From the NCBI GenBank assembly GCA_050084515.1, contig CM114271.1:28706001-28770000 (forward strand): DNA of 64,000 nt, written 5' to 3'. Of this stretch, positions 10,896 to 21,200 are shown piece after piece. This stretch comes from Blasia pusilla (lineage: Eukaryota). A program made the position numbers and the translations under genes. The notes beneath the pieces were generated by a model. It ran no database searches. It was not told the DNA's origin and was given only the letters and a program-made list of their open reading frames with translations. Position 1 is the stretch's first letter. Every line of letters begins with the position of its first letter.

Positions 10896-13800
10896 ATGGA
10901 TAATTATGTGAAGCTCACTTGTGGCAGTCATCTAGCGGCCCTTTCTCAATGAGAAATCGTTCGACCGCAAGCTCATGAGTCTTTCATAGCAGTGGATGAA
11001 AATTTTCTCTCCGTTCGATGTCTTCTCCAAATTGGAACCATCTTTGTGTCCAAGGATGTTAGGGTGGACGGTACAAAGGACATAATAGGTGAGACAATCC
11101 AGCCAATGATTGCAGACCGTAAAGTATGGAATCTCCTACCTATAGCAAATGGTCAATATAGAGTTTACGGCTTGCCTCTGAATTCCTATGTTTCCCAAGT
11201 AGACGGTCGAGAATTTCCTAGTGCACCGAGCTCTACGTTTGCAACTCCTAGCTCAGTAGATCCCGCATCGACTCCAACTTCATCTGTTCGTTACAATGTT
11301 GTACTTCCTGAAGAAATTCCCGATGTTGTCAACCTTAGTGGATTTTTCGGACACCAACCGGGCCCTCTGTCCGCCTACTTGTTCCTCTTACGAATATCAG
11401 GAAATAGTTTGCTATCTTCTATGGCCTTGAAAATGTTCAAGCACATTCTTGTTGACGAGCTGCCGCCCACGTATGATGGTAATTGTATTTTTGAGTTGCC
11501 TCCACTTGCTGCTCCTGCTCAAAAGAAAGATGGAGGAGGCTTGAAGGGTATGGACAGAAAGTCTGATTGTCATCGATGGTGCACGCTTCAACGGACTAGT
11601 GCTTCAATTTCAGATGGTCCTTGGATTGTCTCCCGCCGCCAATGCATTGGAGCCTTGGAGTGTAGAAGTCCAGCATGCCCATATCTAGAGCGCAACGAGC
11701 GGGTCAATACGTTGCAATTCCCCCCCAAGAATGCAAAAACTCCATATGAGGTCGGTGTCACCATACCATCGGGAGGCCATCGATGTCCTCATTGTCAAGC
11801 ATCCCCTTTCTGCGTTGGAGCGTGTCCTGCATACATATTTTTCACTGTCCACGACTTGGGCTCCACGTCAGAGTACACAAGGCTGGCAGTTCATGTTGGC
11901 TCCCACACTCATCCTGTGATCGATGCAATTCAGAGACACATCAAGGAGGATGTGGCGAAGAAAGTGGCCGAGGTCTACAGAAACTCTTCAGGTTCAAAGC
12001 CCGGAGTGATCAAGCTCACAACAACATCACAAATTTATGAACAATTGCTTGGAATCCCTGGACAGGGTGAGATCACGGCTGTTGAGGAGAAACAACTCTG
12101 GGAAAATCTCGCATTTCTCCCTGATCTTGAATGCTTCCGGAATTTTCGACGTCAAATTCGTGTACTGGATGGAAAGACGGCCGAAATGGATGCCATTGCT
12201 AGAATAAAGGCCAACTCCAGATTTCCATTCATTGAGAGATGGCAGTTCATGGGCTAGGGAGGCGAAGGATCCAGGGCCTATATCTTCAAAATATCAACGA
12301 CAGGTCCGTCGAGTGGCCTCGATCTTATAGATCGAATGTGAGAAGGGGAAGATCTTTACGGCAACTGGGTAAGCTTTGATATTTGCTACAGAGTGTTGAA
12401 CGGATGGTTGACGATGGATGCTCACGTTTATGACCATTGCAGAAGGGACTCAAAACTATATTTGTCTGTGAAGTAAAAGCAGAAGACGTTGGCAGTTTGA
12501 AGATGTGCTGGTTACTCTTATTGGAGGTGGTGAAGGAAAACAAAAGGCCACCTCCATAAATTTACGGGTTCATGGCGGACAATGCACAAATTGGGTGGAT
12601 TGCTATTACGGAAGTGTTTTGGGATGGGGAGGTTCAACCGGAGAGAGAAAGGTCGGATGCTTTCCATTGGCAACAGTCTGTGACCCGGTACACCAAATCT
12701 TGCATCAAGGAGAATAAGAGGACGGGGCATGTCACTCTACTCCAACGCTGCAAGGACAACAAAACCTTGAAATAGGCCATGGAATGCCAAGAAGAAATTC
12801 ATGGGTGGTGGAGGAAACATGCGATTGAGGGGAAGTACAAAGAGTTATGCTCTTGGTTGAGTTGGTGGACTGGACAAGTGAGACAATGGGAAAACTTCAT
12901 GCGGGAGGTGAGTTCACTAGTTTGTCTCGCTGAAAATTGTTTGAAGAGTTGCAACTAAAGGTGAGAATCGTGGGCACTATAGGGATTTCAAACGAAGAAA
13001 CCAAGCAACTTGTCAGATGCAACAAGTTGCCTCCCTGAGTGTTCAACCTGTCGCTTACTAACAGGTTGCCTGAGTGTGCAACCAGTCGAAACCCGACGGG
13101 TTGCAAGTCGCATGACCAAATTTACTTGCAACCCGTTGGAATCAGACGGGTTGACGGGTTGCCTAAGAGTGCAACCAGTCGGAAAAGGACGGGTTGCAAG
13201 TCCCATGGCCAAATTTACTTGTAACCCGTCGAAATCCGACGGGTTGCACTAGGTGGTTCCTGGGTGTTGCAACACGTGAGAAACCAACGGGTTACAGATT
13301 CATTCATGGGATGCCTCTGACTTGCAACCCGTCTGGTTTCGACAGGTAGCTTTTTTCTTTGCTTATAAAGCTATTTTGGTTCCCTTCTTCCAGTGCCGTT
13401 GTTGCAGGGATTGAACATTCATGAAAATGCCCTCTGCCCCAACACAAGTGAAAGTGTTCATTCCTCCTGGAGGTTGTCACAAGCATGCCAAAGAATTTCA
13501 CTTGTGGAGGCATGCCAACAAGACCACGCAAGAGCAATGCTACAGTCTGCAGCATCCCATATCTTCCTCACAAAAGGTATAACAAAAGGAAGGGGGCCTT
13601 CGATCTATGAGCTCTATGTCAAGGAAACTATGAGATTGGGTGATGAGAAACTCTATGTAGAAGCCTTCAATCGGTGCGTAGTAGGAACTCCCCTCGAGCA
13701 AGAAGTACACATTGGTGGGGATATTCCTGGGCGCGTTTCAAGACGTCCCATACATATGGTGGAAGAGTTGTCCGAGCGAGACTCGTGGAGACCAGATAAG

Positions 13801-14901
13801 TATCAAACTTCAGGTAGGTGAAGAGGCAACATCGAGGAACGAATCCGGTGATTGATTTGTATGAGGAAATTACGCCGCCCAGGTATTCGAGCACCTTGAA
13901 CTGCTCCCAAATCCATGATGGAGTAACTTCTCCAAAATCAGTGAATTTTTTATTTCAAAGCCCTCCGTTGCTGGAAGTTCGCAACATCCGGTCGATGGGT
14001 TGGTTCAACAATATGGGATTCTGGTCATGGAGGTGGATTGCAACCTAAAACGGTGGCATATATCTCGGAGCAACCCTGGACGTGGACCCACTTGTAGGGC
14101 AAGATCTTATGGCATTAGGAGAGCATGCGGCACTTTCCTAAATAAGAACTGTACAAGGACTAGACGACCACTGCCTGGGTTTTGGGGACTCAAAACCTTT
14201 GATCGTTTCATGAGGACCGGGATCAATTGAAGTACTTCTTCTTCCCAAATGAATCTTGCGCTTTCCGTAAGTCTTATCCGGCTGCCATTGGAGCTCCGGG
14301 GAATACCCCCACGATTTGGCCCATTGCCGCAGGTACGTATTGCACTCAAGACGAAGTGGACAATCTTACAAGTGCCGATTTCAGACTCATAGACGGAGGA
14401 AGTTGAGAGCATGTTTGCATTACAAAGATCTTCGCATTTCGTATTTAACTCAAGATTGACGTCAACATGTACTCGGAGAAGGTGGATGATCTCAATCCAC
14501 TATTTCTGTTTGAGTCTGGAAATGGGGTGAAGAGAAACAGAATGTGTATGCCAACGGTGGAGAGAGCAAAGCGAATTGCATCAACTCGAGAGGCAAAAAT
14601 GGAGATCATCGCCACAAAAGATGTCCACATTGGCAATGGAATAGGAAGGATGTATTGGGTCACGAACAACACTGTAAATTCAAGTGTCATAGGGGTGTAT
14701 GTGGTGCACATCTGTTGCTTTCCCACATGTTCATGTGATGACTTTGTCCAAAGAGAGACAAGTGGCAAAAGGTATTTCCCTTGTAAGCACATGTACTATG
14801 TGTTGCTTGTAGTTTTAAGAAGGTCAGAGGTAGGAGTAGGAATCCACCAACCAATTCTGTCCCTCAAAGAAGTGCAAAGTATTTTAAACAAACCACTTTA
14901 A
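10896..14901 (+). pseudogene. Mutator-like DDE transposase with N-terminal Cys/His (GCM/WRKY-like) region and C-terminal SWIM zinc finger
   Basis: Putative D at 12378 (VSFD), D at 12578 (FMADNA), AFHW at 12662, E at 13450 (NTSESVH). SWIM CSCDDF...PCKH (14727-14790). Phase-0 intron 12908-13407 (FMRE|GLNI). Multiple TAG/TGA stops and frameshifts. Confidence 0.8.
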
Positions 14902-15649
14902 GGATGCAAAATGAGGTTTTAGACTATACTTTCATTTTTCCAAAACCTTCACTTTGAGCTTGAACTCTATTAAGCGTAGGGCAAATGATAGATTTTTTCC
15001 AGACCTTGGATGGAAAAAGTGATTGGTTCCACACTTATGATTCCACTGATTTTTCAATTTTCTAAATTTTGTGCAATTTGCAACTTGTCGGACTCAGAGG
15101 GGTTGCCAAAATGTGGAAGAGGAAAAAAAACTGTGGGAGTGCTTAAGAATTGAGCAGAAAAGTGCAATAAAATTCACACAAAAATTTTCCTCTCTTCAAC
15201 CCAACGGAAACTCTCTTCAAATCACAGGAAACTCTCTCCAAAAAAAAGTATCTCTTTCGGTTGAAGGTAGTTTCCTCTCTCCTCTCTCCTTTCTTCCTTT
15301 CTTCCTCTCCTCTTACCGCACCTCGCTCGGTGCGGGCCTTGGATGCAGGCTTAGGGTGGGCCTTGAGCCCACACCTGCCTACATGGATCCCGCAACAGCC
15401 TGTTGAGAGCCCATGCCTAACCAACCCTGAGCCCGCGCCTACACGCCCTAGCCTGCACCCAAGGCTCACAAGGCGGGCTTTAGGCTTGCACCAAGCCCAC
15501 CTTGGCTGGGTTGCGGGCCACGCAACGGGTGCTAGCTATGGGTGGGCTCGGGTGCGGACTGGGATGCGGACTCGGGTGCGGGTCTCGGGTACCTGGACTC
15601 GGACCCGCACGAACATGGACATGACCGCGGACACGGAATTTTTCTGTGT

Positions 15650-16380
15650 GCAACCTTGGGCTTATGGGGACTAAAAGCCTTTTATTGTCTTACAAGGATA
15701 TGGGATCAATTGAAGTACTTCTTCTGCCCAAATGAATCATGCGTGTTCAAAAAGTCCTATCCATCCGCCATTGGAGCTCTAGGGAATACCCCCATGATTT
15801 GGCCCATTGTTGTAGGAACCAATTGCACTCAGGAGGAAGTGGACAATATATCTTACAAGTTCAGGGTTCAGTTTGGTACACAAAGGGAATACGTATTACT
15901 GAGATATTACATTTTGGATCCAACCTAAGATTGATGTCAACTTGTATCTAGAGAAGGTGGATAATTTCAATCCTCTATTTTTGTTCGACTCAAGAAATGG
16001 AGTGAAGTGAAAGAGAATGTGCAGGCCATCGATGGAGAGGGCAAAGTGAATCGTATTGGCTTGGGAGGCCAACATGGAAATAATTGCCACAAAAGATGTG
16101 CATAGTGGGAATGGAATAGGAACAATACCGTGAATTCTAGTGTTTTTGGGATGTATGTTGTACAGATATGTTGCTTTCCCATATGTTCATGTGATGATTT
16201 TGTCCATAGAGAGACAATAGGGAAAAGGCATTTCCACTGTAAGCACATGTATTATCTTTTGCTCGTAGAGATTAAGAGAGCTTTAAGAGAGTTGGAGCTA
16301 GGAGTAGGAATCTACCAACCAATTTTGTCCCTGAAAGAAGTGCAAAGTATCCTAAACAAGCCACTTTGAGGATGCAACAT
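15650..16380 (+). mobile_element. Additional decayed 3' fragment of the same transposase (SWIM region)
   Basis: Homologous to 14175-14910; ends CSCDDFVHRE...CKHMYY...SILNKPL*. Confidence 0.85.
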
Positions 16381-17348
16381 CAAGTATGAGAGTGTTGTTT
16401 GTACCACTTTGGGAAGGCATTCATGATTCATAACCATGTCATGCCATCCCCAACTCCAAAAATTATTCCTATTTTAATGTACGGAAGGATATAGTATTGT
16501 ACTTTGTATGTCCTTATATAACGATTATGTTGGATTCTCAACATCCACTTCTCTGAGCACCATTAATCTGATCGGCCCCCTTGTATGAGGAGAAGCCTAG
16601 ATTGATGGTTCCGACTTTGACGTCGAAGAAGTCTTAGTAATATGACGTAGGTGGCTTATGGATTAGCGTCACTAGGATTATCTAACCCTATATTGCATCA
16701 AGGTGCGGGATATCCTGATTCGTCACAAGGCTCCGGGAACGCAACCCTTTGTAAAAATTTTCTATTAATAGAAATAAATAAAAATAGGTAAAAAAGCCCT
16801 AGTTTCGTGAGTATTGAAGAAGTCATGAGCCGCAGCGGTAGCGTATTTTTGTACGTCTAGTTTTTCCTCCATGCTCAGGTTCCATCGAAGCTATTCGGTG
16901 AGCGCAGTGACGGACTAGGCTACTTTGTATCTCCAAGTTGTGAAATATATTTTAGTGATTTTGTCACTTTTTTTATTCTCACAGATCTATGGATGTTAAT
17001 AGGCTTGCTAGAGTAGTGTTTAACATTAGTTGTGTCATTTTTCTTGTGTAGAATGGTAAAGTAGTTTATACATAGTTTATAGTCAAGAATTTCGGGGTTA
17101 GATGTTATGAAGAAGTGATCGCCTTGACAATACCATTAGCGATTCTTGTCATGAGAGAATGGAGAGCGCATGTAGTAATTATGTACTGAGGAGCAGGACT
17201 TCTTAGAGGGTTCATCTTGCAATAACTTTTGTCATAGCTAGAAGGTTTGCCGTTATTCAAAGAAAAAATCTCGACACGACAACCTGCTTATTTGATGAAA
17301 ATTGAATATGTATAGCAGTACGAGGACTGCAACAAGGGGGCTGCAACC

Positions 17349-17402
17349 TGCAATATGCATTGCGTTTGCAATATGCGTTATGTTTGCAATATGCGTTATG
17401 TT
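17349..17402. repeat. 18-bp tandem repeat x3
   Basis: tgcaatatgc(a/g)tt(g/a)(c/t)gtt at 17349, 17367 and 17385. Confidence 0.8.
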
Positions 17403-17819
17403 TGGCGGCGATCTTCATGTTCATTGTTAATAGTCGTGTTATTTTCTAGCGCTCAGCAATGAGACTCAATTCTCCTTGCTACCCAGTTCTTGTTGATCAC
17501 TGTTGGGATGTAGTGAAGTCCACTTTATGATGACTACTCAAGAGGAAATCTTGAATCTAGTACAAGCGGCCTTGCATGAAATGAAAGAGTTTTGACAAGA
17601 ATTCACGAAATATTGCACGACCTCCAATCAAGTAGAGCAAAATCTCCAACACCACACAACTTCTTCTATATAAGTTGGTTGTGCTTGAAAGTTTTAGGAG
17701 TTATGACCCTTGGAAACTAACACCGTCCCTGAAAATTTCAGCTTTAGATTACAACCTACCACAAAGATACAGCCTCTGCAAGATTCTTAGATCCTATCCT
17801 CAAAAATTATTAACTTCAT

Positions 17820-17930
17820 ATCTAACTCATCGTCATGCATTCAAGGTTGTGAATCGCACTTTACAAGATATTATGGGAGTTATTTCTGATTATCTACAGA
17901 AAAAACCATTTGGCGGAAAACTTATGAAGG
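17820..17930 (+). mobile_element. Helitron/PIF1 helicase fragment
   Basis: HRHAFKVVNRTLQDIMG...KPFGGK resembles the PIF1 segment between motifs II and III. Confidence 0.6.
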
Positions 17931-17939
17931 AATTATTCC

Positions 17940-18215
17940 TTAGAGAGGAAGGAAATTTTTTAGCATATTTCACAATATTGTTCTCTATTCTTAGTCACTC
18001 CCACAAATGTTCTTCCTCTTCCCCATTATGGCATCCCGTTTGAATCCGATGGTTTGCAATTTCACGAAACATTCTTTCTCCAATAATCCATCAACACATA
18101 ATTTAAAAATTGGAATCACAATGTGGGACAAATCACTTTTTCCATCCAAGGTCTCAAAAAATATATCATTTAAGCATGCTGATAAGAGTTCAAGCTCATA
18201 GTGAACAATCTGGCA
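17940..18215 (-). mobile_element. Fragment of the right subterminal region of the Mutator-like element
   Basis: Homologous to 56660-56920 and 62780-63050; includes one palindrome at about 18031. Confidence 0.7.
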
Positions 18216-21200
18216 TCTATCGAGGAGGGGTTGTAGTGATCATCCTTGTATCTAACACAAGAGCTAAAAGAGATGTTCCAAGTGCACAAACAAATGCATG
18301 AGAATTTAGTAAGTACAAACGCGCTACATCATTGGTGGTAACCCGCCCGCCCAATCATAGTCTTCATCCTCGAAGAACATCAGCTTACGTCCAGAAGAAT
18401 GTGCGAAAGTGATTAAGGATACTTAATAGCAATAGAAATGGAAGTGTGTATGGGGCTCCTCAAGTGCAAATAGGTAGAAGTGAATTAAAATGAACATAAC
18501 ACTAACAAAAATAGGAAAATCTTGAAACAATAGGTAAGTAATAGATTCCCACGAAATATAGGTAGGCATCATAGAAACATATTTGAGATAAACATAAGTG
18601 AATGCGCACTTTGTCATTTCACTCCTACCAATTAGATCACTCTCCTCACATTTCACTCCTAGCATTTGATTTCACTCTCGAATAATCTACTTGTCGCGTG
18701 AATTAATTGCGCATATCCTACTCTTTCATGATCTCATTCAAAGCTTTCATGAGATTTCTTCGATGATCACTCCAAATGCTTACAAGGGAATAGAAGTGAA
18801 AGAAATTTAATTGGAGGAAGATAGGAGCCATTGATACAAACTTCTCAATTGAACCTTGCACATATTCATATCAGAGAACTGAAGGCAACGCAAGAGAACT
18901 TGAAGAAGCTGTTGAATGATAACTCTATTGTGATGATGGATCTTTCCAAATTTGTTGCCAATGTTCAAGGGAAGGCATCATCATTAGCGACTACTCCTAA
19001 TAGTTCAGGATTGCATGAGGGTGTTGAAACTTTGGAAGTGAAAATGAAAACTCATGCTGAAGCTAAAAAGGTTGCTCATATCTGTGTCTGTCAAGAGCAA
19101 GAGATAAAAAAGGAAAACCAATTTGCAGATAGAAAGAATGTGAGAATCTTAAGATTTCCGAAAATAGAGAGTTAAGAGGTGAAGAGTGTTGTCACCAAGT
19201 TCTTGGTTGATACACTTCATGTTCATAACCCGGACTTGGGTTAAGCTTTCTGCATTGGGGAAAAGGAAACACAACCTTGTGTTATTCTAGTTAAGTTTGT
19301 TGATCAAACTCGACGTGATACTTCGATGGCTAACAAGGCCATTCTCAAAGGAAGGAGGATATGGTTGGATCTTGATCTTACAACTCTACAAGTTGAAGTT
19401 ACGAGAAAGGAGCTTGCAAAGCTCAAAGAGGCTCAAGAAGCAGGTTTTATTGCCTTTCTACGCGATGGTCGAGCAATTGTTACCCCGAGAAAGAGAGACT
19501 TATCAACAAAGCAATCTAAGAAGCTGAGAGTGTTGATATGGAATATACGCGGCCTTTCAACAACAAAGTATGTGAGTGCTCTACTAGTTTGGGAGATGGG
19601 GGATATCATCAATATTGTGGAGACTTGGGAACATGAAAGAAATACTATTGCAGAGATGCAAGGGTTTACTTTGGTGGGATCGACATGGAACAAAAGAAGG
19701 CAACAAGCAAGAAGGGGTTATGGCAATATTGCTACTTTCATCAGGTCTCAATTTCTACCTCTCATACATCTAGAAGATCAAGACATCGGGGGCCAATATC
19801 ATAGCATTGGCTACGTCTTGGTTTGGTTGGGGGATCTTATTGTTATCTGGAAATTTGTTATTTTGCACCATTGTCCATGCCTATCTACTCAAATTGCACT
19901 TGTAGTCGGAGTCAACCATTTCATCGACTTATTGGGGATGTTCTCAAATATCAAAGCAAAGGTGAAGTCTTTCTAGTTGGGGCTTGCAATGCTCTCACAC
20001 GTATTGCTCAATTTACCCAATTCAGTAACTCCTTGACTTCTCTTCTCGAAGAACTAGTGGATGGTTTGTGGTCTAGAATCTCTTCAAGTCTTTCTACAAA
20101 TCTTTTGACAAAGTATTTTTTAACTTTTCAAGCCACTTGTTATTTGAAAGTTCTTAATGGAACTTCTCATTTACCCTACTCTCACTCCAATACATGATTC
20201 TCTTCTACTGGTGCTAGCACCATCGACTATCTTCTCTCCTCACTCACTAATAACTCTCATATCTGTACATTTGAAATTTTAGAACCTCAGCCTGAATCAG
20301 ATCATTCGCCTCTTTTGTTTTCTCTCATTGTCAAAGATAATTCCTCTCTCAACATGTCACTCCGTTTTAGCTTCTCCCAAGTTTCACTTAGATCCTCGTA
20401 AAAAAGATAGTTACATGCTAGATTTACAAGAACTCTTGACTCACATTGCATGGAGCCCTAATCCACAGATAGCAAGTTTGTAACTAATCGAATTCCTCAA
20501 GAACACTGCATCCAAGTTCTTTTCTCGGCATAGGGGTAGAAGTGCTAGGGGATTATCTTGGAATGGGTGGTTTGACTATGAATGCAAGCAAGCAAGCAAA
20601 GTTAAGATCAATGGAAAAATCTTTGGATATCCAAAGTCTGCTTATCATGACAAGCCTTTACAAACCAAAATGATCCCAAATCATTTCGGAAACGGTTAGT
20701 AGTACAGTCTTCAAAACCTACTCTTGATCTCAAGTCTTTGATATCTTTTTCCAAAAAGCTCTATTTCTTCCCCCATGCTATATGTATGCCCTCTTGTGGA
20801 GGCATACGAGGCTTATTCTCTGAAGTAGAGGTGATGACTTAACTAAGAAAATTAGCAAATGGCAAATGTGAGGATTTGGATGGTCTTTCTGTTGAACCTC
20901 TCAAGTGGGGAGGAGATCCTCACCAGAGTATAGGGTGATGTTGCTATCAATGGTTTTCCTTTTACTTGGTTGCTATGGGAGATTATTCCTATTCACAAAT
21001 GAGGAAGGAAGGATTTGGTGACAAACTATCGCACTATCATGGTGGATAGTGTTTTTGCCAAGCTGTTTGGGAAATTGATGGAGTCAAAGTTGAGCACATA
21101 GAGAGAGTCTTTCCAAAAGAGAGCACAAGTCCAAGCTCGTTTTCGACCAACATGCAACACCATCGACCATATCTTGGCCTTACGTGTTATATGGGAGAAA

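Larger units (their letters stand above)
939..15324 (+). mobile_element. Mutator-like (MULE) DNA transposon, composite and decayed, carrying a ParB-MTase gene and palindrome arrays
   Basis: Ends defined by where homology stops among copies: left GGGG(G/T)CTGG at 939, 619 and 62579; right CGC(A/G)CCTC at 15324, 56547 and 62646. Contains a DDE-SWIM transposase and a divergent MTase gene. Interrupted by a gypsy fragment and a duplicated MTase segment. Confidence 0.75.
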
